Below are positions 41,211-48,767 of a stretch of DNA of 64,000 nt, one piece after another (position 1 is the first letter of the stretch; the number at the start of each line of letters is the position of its first letter). Made by a program: the position numbers and the translations under genes. The notes beneath the pieces were generated by a model, which saw only the letters and a program-made list of their open reading frames with translations, was not told where the DNA came from and ran no database searches. Where the stretch lies: IMG/VR virus record IMGVR_UViG_3300042691_012617, positions 96,001-160,000 of that record; one strand, given 5' to 3'. The DNA is from a virus.

Positions 41211-41918
41211 TCAAGTGGGGAAGAGAGATAGTTGTCCCGATTCTTTGAGATCGTTGATGATCGTTTGGACAGGCACGATGTACAGAAGGTTTGCCATCCG
41301 ATTGAGACGAACAACGATGCCAATACATTTACCAGTATGAATGTCGTAAACACCACCGCCACTCAGACCACCTGTTCCGTTGTTCGTGATGACAAAATGC
41401 TTGTCCTTGTTCCACGGAACGGCTCTATTTCGGTGTGCTACGATTCCTTCAGTCACCGTGTTGTCCTCGCCCATCGGTGAACCCGCTGCATATACCCCGT
41501 CTCCAACCCGTGGGGGCAAGGGCATGAAGGTAGTTCCACCCCTGATGCACCGAGTGTCCCCCACGGGCCGAAGGATCGCCCAATCAGATTCGGTTTCGTA
41601 TGCAACGACATCAGCGGTGAATATCTCTTTTACATCATCATTATCAGGGTCAGTCTGAGAGACAAGATAGAGTCCCTTTCCATCGCCAATCACATGCGCT
41701 GCTGTCAGGATGAAGAGTTGTCCATCCTTCGTATACGCAACACCCGATCCAACTGAAATTGTTCCGTCCACACAGGCATGTATCTCAACGGTACTACGAA
41801 GCACCTGTTCAGCGATAGTCTCTTTTGTATCCTGTGTTGATGATATTGAGGGCGAATTGATGGCGACTCCCATCAGAAGAATCGCGGCAACTGCGAAACC
41901 GAACAGCCTGTTTCCCAT
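41211..41918 (-). CDS. Secreted trypsin-like serine protease
   Basis: Signal peptide; ILTAAHV, DWAIL, GLSGGG; late promoter at 41955..41961. Confidence 0.85.
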   Translation of the reverse strand: MGNRLFGFAVAAILLMGVAINSPSISSTQDTKETIAEQVLRSTVEIHACVDGTISVGSGVAYTKDGQLFILTAAHVIGDGKGLYLVSQTDPDNDDVKEIFTADVVAYETESDWAILRPVGDTRCIRGGTTFMPLPPRVGDGVYAAGSPMGEDNTVTEGIVAHRNRAVPWNKDKHFVITNNGTGGLSGGGVYDIHTGKCIGIVVRLNRMANLLYIVPVQTIINDLKESGQLSLFPT

Positions 41919-41999
41919 AGCACACCTCCTCAGAGGGGTGACTCGCCCAAAGGTTATTTATCATTATGTAATGTCATCGCGGACAAGAAATCTCGGAAA

Positions 42000-42073
42000 T
42001 GACCCTAAGGGGATTCGAACCCCTGTTATCTCCGTGAAAGGGAGGTGTCCTAGACCAACTAGACGATAGGGCC
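42000..42073 (-). tRNA. tRNA-Glu (TTC)
   Basis: GGCCCTA acceptor, CT-TTC-AC loop, GGTTCGAATCC. Confidence 0.92.
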
Positions 42074-42080
42074 AAAGAAA

Positions 42081-42109
42081 GGGGGGAGGGGACTACGCCC
42101 ACTCCCCCC
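42081..42109 (-). terminator. Rho-independent terminator
   Basis: GGGGGGAG..CTCCCCCC stem followed by TTTCTTT. Confidence 0.65.
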
Positions 42110-42134
42110 AAAGCGCAAAGGTGTTTCCCTTTGC

Positions 42135-42560
42135 TTAACGCTTAGAGGAGGACTTTTCCTTGAGTTCGTAGAAGTCTTCCTTCATCTCGCTGAGGTCACG
42201 CCACACGGCGGCAAGATCCTTTTCAGAATCATTCTTGCGCTTCTCTTCAAGCGTGTCGATGTGCGTGTACAGATCCTCAAGTTGACGCTGATTGCTTGCG
42301 CGGCGTTCCTCTTCTTCTGCCTCCTTGAGAACCTTCTTCACACGATCATTCGCATCCATGATGCACATTCCTGCCTGATTCACGATGAGACCCATCGCAA
42401 TCCACAGCAGGGCATTTGCGCCACCCTGATACGCCTGATACGCACCGAAGCCGACAGCGACAAGACCCGTAAGAACAAACAGCCCACCGAAGTCAACCTG
42501 TTCGAACCACGACTTGCTCGTACTGCCGCTGTAATACCGATTCATTCTCACAATGCTCAT
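42135..42560 (-). CDS. Hypothetical membrane protein (2 TM + coiled coil)
   Basis: AAGGAG RBS; TTGACA-16-TAGCAT promoter at 42613..42640. Confidence 0.65.
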   Translation of the reverse strand: MSIVRMNRYYSGSTSKSWFEQVDFGGLFVLTGLVAVGFGAYQAYQGGANALLWIAMGLIVNQAGMCIMDANDRVKKVLKEAEEEERRASNQRQLEDLYTHIDTLEEKRKNDSEKDLAAVWRDLSEMKEDFYELKEKSSSKR

Positions 42561-42655
42561 ATCAAATCTCCTTGGTGTCTGTGACACCTTCTTGGGTTCA
42601 AGATCATGGGAGATGCTAACAGGTCTCCCATTCATGTCAAGCAAAATCAAAGGCT

Positions 42656-43063
42656 TCATATGACTGTCAGAGAGCAATATGCTCTGTTTGGAGTTCCACG
42701 GTAGTAGCCGAAGATAAGAAGGTGTCTCTTGTTCTGCTTGCCGCCGCGAACGATTGTTCCGTACTTTATGATTCGCTGACCCATCGTCCGCTGCCAACTG
42801 TTGCTAGCAGCAAAGGCTGTGATTGCGCTTCTCATAGATGTATCGATGGTTCCCTTGAAGAAGTACCCCTTGGTGGAGCCGCCCCATACATTCGACTCCT
42901 TCATGAGTTCTACAAGTTGAAGAATTTCCTTGTAGCCTTTGCTATCAGCCTTGCCGTTCTTCCCCAACTTGGTCGCAAGCAACGCCTTCATCTCGCCCGT
43001 GGGGGCGCATGTGCGTGTGCGACACGCAGTCACACGGGCGTTGTTGCGAAGTGATTTAGCCAC
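42656..43063 (-). CDS. Hypothetical protein
   Basis: Fills the gap on the coding strand, overlaps upstream stop. Confidence 0.55.
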   Translation of the reverse strand: MAKSLRNNARVTACRTRTCAPTGEMKALLATKLGKNGKADSKGYKEILQLVELMKESNVWGGSTKGYFFKGTIDTSMRSAITAFAASNSWQRTMGQRIIKYGTIVRGGKQNKRHLLIFGYYRGTPNRAYCSLTVI

Positions 43064-43460
43064 CGCTCTTCTTCTTCTTGATCAGCGTGATCTTTCTCTT
43101 GACATCAGGACGCTTCATGAACTCCTCAACATCAGCAAGTGCCTGTAGTTTGAAGGCAATGTACATGTTGGAGGAGAACTTGCCCTTTACATCACCAAGC
43201 ATCGCTACCAGTTTTACCGATTCAACTACTCCAATGTACTCGGCAAGACGCATCGCATCCCGCTGAATGTCCCTCTTCAGGGTGGACACCTTCATGGTTC
43301 CATACCCGATCAAGTGAACCACAGGATCATTTACATCATCGCTGAAATCCAAACTCTTGGCATTGATACCATTTATGGGCAGGAAATAAGAAGGAGTGTC
43401 CTGCTCGTTAAGCATGTTGCGAATGTCGTTCACAAGTGGATTGTTGAATGGGTCTTTCAT
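43056..43460 (-). CDS. Hypothetical late protein
   Basis: CTAAATA (43467..43473) 6 nt before ATG. Confidence 0.65.
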   Translation of the reverse strand: MKDPFNNPLVNDIRNMLNEQDTPSYFLPINGINAKSLDFSDDVNDPVVHLIGYGTMKVSTLKRDIQRDAMRLAEYIGVVESVKLVAMLGDVKGKFSSNMYIAFKLQALADVEEFMKRPDVKRKITLIKKKKSGG

Positions 43461-43469
43461 ATCCACTAT

Positions 43470-44075
43470 TTAGTCCCAACTGCTATCAGGATTCTGCTCG
43501 GAAAGAATCTCATACTCCATGCGGGTCGCACAGTCTTCGCAGAGAGTCTTGATCCAAGAGCCGTTCTTGCGCTTGCAGAGGGTTCCAAGGGTGCCGCAGA
43601 TCTCACACACGCTGCCCGACAGGTTCTCTGTCATGTCTACGAGACCGCGAATCCTATCGTTTCCACCCCCATAGTAGAAGCGGAGAGTGCCGAACTTCTC
43701 CTTCATCTGAAGGATCTGAAATGGAGTGTCCCCCTGCGCGAGGGAGGGATCGCGTTCGATCTCGCGGTCGATGGCTGCGGCTAGGTTCTCAATCAGACCA
43801 TCCCATCCGTACCCGAACTCCCAATAAACAGTTCCGACAGATCGTTGTGGATCATCGACTTTGGTGCCGCTCCCGAAGACTCGGGGGTAACGGGCTTCGA
43901 TGTCTTCTCTTCGCTTTTCCTGCGTGTATACGAGGTCTCCGCAAAGTTTGTTGACGGCTTCAACGACTCGGGAGTCTGAAGAGCCGTTTCGACTTCCTCC
44001 CCCTCCTCCTGCTTGAACCTCACCGCCCTGTAGTTGGTCTTCGACGCGCTCTTCTTGTGTATCTCGTTCAGCCAT
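43470..44075 (-). CDS. Conserved phage protein with C-terminal Zn-ribbon (start uncertain)
   Basis: YPRVF, GW..LI..L, QMKEKFGTLRFY, CEICG...LCEDC. Confidence 0.7.
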   Translation of the reverse strand: MAERDTQEERVEDQLQGGEVQAGGGGGSRNGSSDSRVVEAVNKLCGDLVYTQEKRREDIEARYPRVFGSGTKVDDPQRSVGTVYWEFGYGWDGLIENLAAAIDREIERDPSLAQGDTPFQILQMKEKFGTLRFYYGGGNDRIRGLVDMTENLSGSVCEICGTLGTLCKRKNGSWIKTLCEDCATRMEYEILSEQNPDSSWD

Positions 44076-44200
44076 TTTGTATCCTTTTCTGCATCTGATT
44101 CGCTTGCGTAAACACAGACAACACAACCATGGTCTATTAGATAGCCATGATCGTCATTTCCATGAAAGACCCTTACTGCCCATTGCTTTGCTTTTGCCAC
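43793..44200 (-). CDS. Hypothetical protein (overlaps the previous gene)
   Basis: GTG start with GAGGTG RBS, overlapping the upstream stop. Confidence 0.4.
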   Translation of the reverse strand: MAKAKQWAVRVFHGNDDHGYLIDHGCVVCVYASESDAEKDTKWLNEIHKKSASKTNYRAVRFKQEEGEEVETALQTPESLKPSTNFAETSYTRRKSEEKTSKPVTPESSGAAPKSMIHNDLSELFIGSSGTDGMV

Positions 44201-44505
44201 TTCTTCACCTCTTTGTATGCCTTCTCGTTGTATTCTACGGAGATCAGCACGGCAGCGTAACCATCATGCCCTGAATCGATTGGCTGAATGGCAGCGATTG
44301 TACCAAGGTGATAGAACTGCTCACCAATCATGAGGAAAGGCCCACCTTCGAAGTCATACATGTCATGACCCCCGCGAGTAAAGCATGCCTTGCCCATCAC
44401 CTTGTAGACACCGCGCTCGACATCGGTCGGCTTGATAGTGCGAATGTCCCCGTAGCGACTTCGGACATCGAATTCAAAGTGCTGCCAATTTGATTTGGTG
44501 TTCAT
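44173..44505 (-). CDS. Hypothetical early protein
   Basis: TTGACA-17-TATACT promoter 7 nt upstream. Confidence 0.7.
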   Translation of the reverse strand: MNTKSNWQHFEFDVRSRYGDIRTIKPTDVERGVYKVMGKACFTRGGHDMYDFEGGPFLMIGEQFYHLGTIAAIQPIDSGHDGYAAVLISVEYNEKAYKEVKKWQKQSNGQ

Positions 44506-44512
44506 AGCGTTT

Positions 44513-44541
44513 AGTATACCTCAGGAAAAGAGGCGTGTCAA
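44513..44541 (-). promoter_or_regulatory. sigma70-type early promoter
   Basis: TTGACA-17-TATACT. Confidence 0.75.
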
Positions 44542-44542
44542 G

Positions 44543-44624
<82 letters not shown>

Positions 44625-44627
44625 GAA

Positions 44628-44699
44628 AGCCACCTATCGGATTTGAACCGATGACCTGTTCATTACAAGTGAACTGCACTACCGCTGTGCTAAGGTGGC
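44628..44699 (-). tRNA. tRNA-Thr (TGT)
   Basis: GCCACCT/AGGTGGC, CT-TGT-AA. Confidence 0.92.
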
Positions 44700-44702
44700 G
44701 TA

Positions 44703-44773
44703 TTCCCTCGTATGGATTCGAACCATAACTAGAAGAATCAAAATCTCCTGTGCTACCGTTACACAACAAGGGA
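44703..44773 (-). tRNA. tRNA-Gln (TTG)
   Basis: TCCCTTG/CGAGGGA, TT-TTG-AT. Confidence 0.88.
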
Positions 44774-44774
44774 A

Positions 44775-44846
44775 CTGGTTCGGAAGGATTCGAACCTTCA
44801 ACCGTCCCGTTAACAGCGGGATGCACTACCGTTGTGCTACGAACCA
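44775..44846 (-). tRNA. tRNA-Asn (GTT)
   Basis: TGGTTCG/CGAACCA, CT-GTT-AA. Confidence 0.92.
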
Positions 44847-44850
44847 TCAA

Positions 44851-44925
44851 GGGTGTCTGACGGGACTTGAACCCGCAACGGGGAGAATCACAATCTCCTG
44901 CACTACCAATTGTGCTACAGTCACC
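44851..44925 (-). tRNA. tRNA-His (GTG)
   Basis: G-1:C73, TT-GTG-AT loop; one A.A acceptor mismatch. Confidence 0.88.
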
Positions 44926-44928
44926 GTA

Positions 44929-45008
44929 AGCGTAGTGAGGGTCTTGAACCCCTTCTCAATCGCTGCTTGCAAGTCAACGATCCTATCCAACCTAGTGTCG
45001 GGCTACGC
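44929..45008 (-). tRNA. Aberrant tRNA-like element (TGC loop)
   Basis: GCGTAG/CTACGC ends, GGTTCAAGACC T-loop, 7-bp stem around CTTGCAA, irregular D-arm; embedded in the tRNA array. Confidence 0.5.
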
Positions 45009-45012
45009 GAAA

Positions 45013-45084
45013 AGCGAACGATGGGATTCGAACCCACGACCATCGGTTTGGAAAACCGAGACTCTACCGCTGAGTTACATTCGC
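45013..45084 (-). tRNA. tRNA-Gly (TCC)
   Basis: GCGAATG/CGTTCGC, TT-TCC-AA, U73. Confidence 0.92.
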
Positions 45085-45089
45085 GTGAA

Positions 45090-45432
45090 TGGAGTCGGGG
45101 GGAATCGAACCCCCGTGTTGACATGCTTTCCGTGGTGCCTACTACGCCAATAGCCTTCACTTGTTCAGATCCGCCGCTGAAGGCGACTTAGCGGATCAGA
45201 GTGGGACTCTTTGTTCTCGGCTTCCTTCGGCGTTCCCGTTCCCGAAAGCCCAACCGCTGATTTGCTCCTTACACCCTAGCGGTGTCGTAGTGCTTGGAGG
45301 TCACGCTGCGAGAGCGTAACGGCGAGTCTGCTTGTTGGCAGTTTTGGTTTCCATACGCTTTTAAGAGCCTAGCATGGTTCCTCTTGGCGCATCACTCATC
45401 AGTCTTCATGCAATCGATGCCTGATCGACCCC
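45090..45432 (-). ncRNA. ssrA: tmRNA, tag reading frame ANKQTRRYALAA* (45301..45339)
   Basis: 5' GGGGTCG / 3' GGTTCGATTCCCCCCGACTCCA with G3:U70; internal ORF ending YALAA-stop; ~343 nt. Confidence 0.93.
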
Positions 45433-45454
45433 TTATGAACTTGTCAAGACATGT

Positions 45455-45483
45455 AGTCTAGCACACATCTTGGTTCTTGTCAA
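45455..45483 (-). promoter_or_regulatory. sigma70-type promoter for tmRNA/tRNA operon
   Basis: TTGACA-17-TAGACT. Confidence 0.7.
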
Positions 45484-45485
45484 CC

Positions 45486-45851
45486 TCACTTTAGGCGAAG
45501 TAGATACTTTGTTTTGTTCAGGTCGCCTACCATCTCGTCGCGGATGTTGAGAAGATCCGTGTCCTCGGGCTTGAGCATGGCAGGAACATCCTTGGTCATG
45601 TACGCAATAGTTTTGTCGATGAATTCGACACAACCCGCGTTGTCCTTGTAGTTGACCACGGTCAGTTTGTAATCGTTCTTGGCAGTAGGAACGCCATAAC
45701 GCCCTGAGAAAGTCTCAACGAACTCATCGATGTTGCTACCCAGGGAATCATAGAGACCTCCCAAAGCCTGATGTTCGGCGTAAGACTTGGTTTGCCAATG
45801 GAAGACTCGGATTTGAGCCTGAAGGGTGAGTAGGGTGGTGATGAGTGTCAT
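45486..45851 (-). CDS. Ferritin/Dps-like four-helix protein (DUF5856-like)
   Basis: FHWQTKSYAEH.AL..LYD.L...ID.FVE, LLNIRDEM...NK.KYLL; late promoter at 45857..45863. Confidence 0.75.
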   Translation of the reverse strand: MTLITTLLTLQAQIRVFHWQTKSYAEHQALGGLYDSLGSNIDEFVETFSGRYGVPTAKNDYKLTVVNYKDNAGCVEFIDKTIAYMTKDVPAMLKPEDTDLLNIRDEMVGDLNKTKYLLRLK

Positions 45852-45859
45852 ACCGCTAT

Positions 45860-46099
45860 TTAGCCTTCCTCTGTGAGGTACTGGCTGATGTCCTTTTTCA
45901 TCTCCTCAATACTTCTTTTTGCATCCTCAAGGATCTTGCGCGAAGCCTCGGCATAACCAATCCGATACTCCTCCCAATAGACAGTCTTATCACTAGTTGC
46001 GCTGCCCCATCCCATAGGGGAGGCGTTTGGCTTCCCCGCTTGGCGGTCGTTCCAACCATCCTTGTACCCCTGACCAGGGGAATAGATCACATCACTCAT
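45860..46099 (-). CDS. Hypothetical protein
   Basis: ATGA coupling to upstream gene; GY.DG / Y..GY repeats. Confidence 0.6.
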   Translation of the reverse strand: MSDVIYSPGQGYKDGWNDRQAGKPNASPMGWGSATSDKTVYWEEYRIGYAEASRKILEDAKRSIEEMKKDISQYLTEEG

Positions 46100-46437
46100 G
46101 ACTTCTTTCCCTTTCCAACCTTGCGGGTGACGAGGATCTTGCCATCGCGGACGCGGATGTCAAGAGGAGTCCCCACCCGAATCTTCATCTTGCGACAGAC
46201 CTCAGGTGGGATGCGAATATAGCACTTCTTCTCACTTGTCTCCTGACCCGTCTTGGGGTCTAGGTCAAGGAAAAGAGATTCTTCGATGGGAACGATCCAT
46301 GAAGTGGGTGGCTTCTCCGAACGCTTCTGTTTTGGCTTGGACTTTTCACCAAAGATCGCGTCATAGTTCCTGTCGAACTCGGACTTGTTGATTGGGCGAT
46401 ACGAGTCGCCCTTTCCTGCACCGTGAATACCTTCCAT
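46096..46437 (-). CDS. Protein with C-terminal AbrB/MazE-like DNA-binding domain
   Basis: YIRIPPEVCRKMKIRVGTPLDIRVRDGKILV; AAGGAG RBS. Confidence 0.6.
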   Translation of the reverse strand: MEGIHGAGKGDSYRPINKSEFDRNYDAIFGEKSKPKQKRSEKPPTSWIVPIEESLFLDLDPKTGQETSEKKCYIRIPPEVCRKMKIRVGTPLDIRVRDGKILVTRKVGKGKKS

Positions 46438-46459
46438 AACAACTCCTTTCAATCACTAG

Positions 46460-46532
46460 TAGCGCGAGTGGGATTCGAACCCACACTATGTTGATTTTGA
46501 GTCAACTGACTCTGCCGTTGGTCTACCGCGCC
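46460..46532 (-). tRNA. tRNA-Leu (CAA), short variable arm
   Basis: GTTGA-CT-CAA-AA-TCAAC, GGTTCGAATCC. Confidence 0.88.
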
Positions 46533-46538
46533 ATGAAA

Positions 46539-47141
46539 TCATTGTACAGATCTGAACCATGCAGTCATAAAGGAATCCGCTTCCTGATATGACTCAAACA
46601 CGAATGGCTTGCCCTTCATCTTGCTGTAGAACTGGCTCACCTTCATCGGCTTGAAGTCTCCGACAGAGACCTCTTTCCCCATGCCTGGAAACTCTACTGC
46701 ATTTCCATCCTCATCCTTGCCTTGTGTGCCGATCAGCATGCCCTTGCCATCGAACGACTTGTACAACACGGAGTCTTGGTTGTACTTCGATCCCAACTTC
46801 TTTAGCATGCCCTTCAACTTACCGCTGTCATCGCCTTTGTCTCCAATGACGAGAAACGCCTGTTCCTTCACATCCTTGGATACCTCGGAGCCGTACCCTT
46901 CGATGTAATGTCCTTCGACCTTGTAGAAGCCAAACCCCGCAGAACGAATCTCTGCTTGGAGTTGTGCATTCCGCTTCTTGTTCTCGGACACAGGATAGCG
47001 ACCGCGATAGGCGGTGATGATCCCGATGTTGCGCTCCTGCGTGTGCTGCCACAGGCGAACGAGCGATGCCTCGTCAAGGATCTGCATGCTGCTTACTTCA
47101 TTTGCAGTCTCTGTGAGATTCTTTAGGGTGTCCTTGTCCAT
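46539..47141 (-). CDS. Conserved phage hypothetical protein
   Basis: SL.R..QH, IITAYR, N..RN..L...I...GFG...VEG.Y.E, KYNQDSVL. Confidence 0.7.
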   Translation of the reverse strand: MDKDTLKNLTETANEVSSMQILDEASLVRLWQHTQERNIGIITAYRGRYPVSENKKRNAQLQAEIRSAGFGFYKVEGHYIEGYGSEVSKDVKEQAFLVIGDKGDDSGKLKGMLKKLGSKYNQDSVLYKSFDGKGMLIGTQGKDEDGNAVEFPGMGKEVSVGDFKPMKVSQFYSKMKGKPFVFESYQEADSFMTAWFRSVQ

Positions 47142-47151
47142 GCTGCGCCTT

Positions 47152-47679
47152 TCAGTAACCCAACTTCTTTAGCGCAGCAATTGTCTCTGCCGCACTCTTG
47201 TGCTTGATCCCGATGCCACCACGGGCTTCCCATTCCTTGATGTTCTTTCCCCAATCATCGATGAGGATGTTGGGAACTCCCTTGGTGACAGCGTAGTCCT
47301 TCTTCTGATCCCGCAGGAGAACATGGCTCTTGGCGGGAAGGGGGCGAAGGTTCTTTTCGATCCACTTCATCTTGTCCTGCTTGGATTTTGACTGCCACGA
47401 TGTCGTGTGAGCGGACAGGATGTTGGGATCGTGCTTGGAGATGTATGCCCACAACTGCTTGCCGTCCTTCATCCAAGGAAGTTCCGCAAACAGGTGCGGG
47501 TGTTCCTTGTCGATGCGAGGCTTGAGTGGATTGACATACGAGTCAAAGTTCTTGTTGTTCAGGTCTTTGATACCATAAAGGTTGGCGATGCCGCCGATGA
47601 TGTCCACCAAGACACCGTCCATGTCGCAGTAGATCTCGCCCTTGACGGCTTCGTTGATGTGGTGGAGGAATGACTTCAT
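47152..47679 (-). CDS. HAD-family 5'(3')-nucleotidase/phosphatase
   Basis: YCDMDGVLVD, ILIDD, W...GGIGI.H; starts MKSFLHHINE after late promoter at 47687..47693. Confidence 0.85.
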   Translation of the reverse strand: MKSFLHHINEAVKGEIYCDMDGVLVDIIGGIANLYGIKDLNNKNFDSYVNPLKPRIDKEHPHLFAELPWMKDGKQLWAYISKHDPNILSAHTTSWQSKSKQDKMKWIEKNLRPLPAKSHVLLRDQKKDYAVTKGVPNILIDDWGKNIKEWEARGGIGIKHKSAAETIAALKKLGY

Positions 47680-47699
47680 GACCTGATATTTAGTCGAAA

Positions 47700-47772
47700 T
47701 GCTCTCGGTGGGGTTCGAACCCACGACTCTCAGATTAAAAGTCTGATACTCTACCAACTGAGTTACGAGAGC
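47700..47772 (-). tRNA. tRNA-Lys (TTT)
   Basis: GCTCTCG/CGAGAGC, CT-TTT-AA. Confidence 0.93.
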
Positions 47773-47775
47773 GTA

Positions 47776-47849
47776 CATCCCCGACAGGATTCGAACCTGT
47801 AACCAACGGATTAGAAATCCGTTGCGCTATCCTATTGCGCCACGGGGAC
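47776..47849 (-). tRNA. tRNA-Arg (TCT)
   Basis: GTCCCCG/CGGGGAT, TT-TCT-AA. Confidence 0.92.
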
Positions 47850-47857
47850 AGGTTGAC

Positions 47858-48199
47858 TCAGTACTCTCGTTTCCACTTGATCACGGTGCCGATGTTGAAG
47901 GAACGCCATGCTTCCTTCTCCAAGTCCCAAATGGAAATATTGCTTTGGGGCTTGGGCTTCCGCTGCGGAGGGGCAGACGGATCGGTCGGCGGTACAGCGT
48001 CAGGATTGGCGGTGTCCACCTTGACGGATTCCTGCACGGGCAGAAGACTCTGCGCGAGGGTGCATCGCATCGTCCGTTCGGTTCCATCCGTCTTGGTGAA
48101 GATCACCGTGCAGATGCCGCCTCGGAGACCGTCAAGGATCTCACGGCGGTAGGTTTCTTGTGCGGGGGTGAGGGCGATAGGTGCTTGGGTGTTGCTCAT
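47858..48199 (-). CDS. WYL_2/DUF2693-like SH3-barrel protein
   Basis: V.FTK.DGTER.MRCTL, WDLEK.AWRSF; promoter TTGACA-16-TAAGAT at 48207..48234. Confidence 0.8.
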   Translation of the reverse strand: MSNTQAPIALTPAQETYRREILDGLRGGICTVIFTKTDGTERTMRCTLAQSLLPVQESVKVDTANPDAVPPTDPSAPPQRKPKPQSNISIWDLEKEAWRSFNIGTVIKWKREY

Positions 48200-48217
48200 A
48201 TCGAAAATCTTACCACA

Positions 48218-48736
48218 TTACTCAGACTTGTCAAGACCCAAATCGCCAAACGGATCAGAATCGTTCTCGTTGGGTGGGGGAGCGTCCTGCCACTCTCCTT
48301 CTAGGTCGCCGCCGAAGTTATTCGGACTGATCGGGAACTTGATCTCCCCATCCTGCGGCGGGGGGAACTTCATGTTCATCAAATCATTGATCATCTTATT
48401 GAAGAAATCGTGCATCTCTTCAGGAGAACCATGAAAGAACCCGTGCATGATGTTCTGATCAGCCTCAGCCAACTTTCCCAAGTCCTTCTTGGTTGGGCTT
48501 CGCAGGGTTCCCATCTTTTCGAAGTTGCGAATGTCGTTCGCAGAGATCACCTTACGCATGTCCATGCAGAGGGCATGGAGTTCCTTGAGGTCAACGACCC
48601 CCGAGTCTTTGCCTTCCTTGGTGAGGACACGCAGCGTCATTTCGACTACCCGTAGGTACTCCATGAGTTGCTGCTTCTCGCGCAGGAGGGCGGCGTTCTG
48701 AGTGATGAGCGACTTGACTAGGCGTGGTTTGAGCAT
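48218..48736 (-). CDS. Hypothetical early protein
   Basis: TTGACA-17-TAGTAT at 48743..48771 just upstream. Confidence 0.65.
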   Translation of the reverse strand: MLKPRLVKSLITQNAALLREKQQLMEYLRVVEMTLRVLTKEGKDSGVVDLKELHALCMDMRKVISANDIRNFEKMGTLRSPTKKDLGKLAEADQNIMHGFFHGSPEEMHDFFNKMINDLMNMKFPPPQDGEIKFPISPNNFGGDLEGEWQDAPPPNENDSDPFGDLGLDKSE

Positions 48737-48767
48737 TCCCAAATACTACCTCATGTTAGATGACTTG

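Noticed and set aside
46096-46437. AbrB/MazE-like gene as a toxin-antitoxin pair
   Set aside because: The downstream 79-aa ORF shows no recognisable toxin motif.
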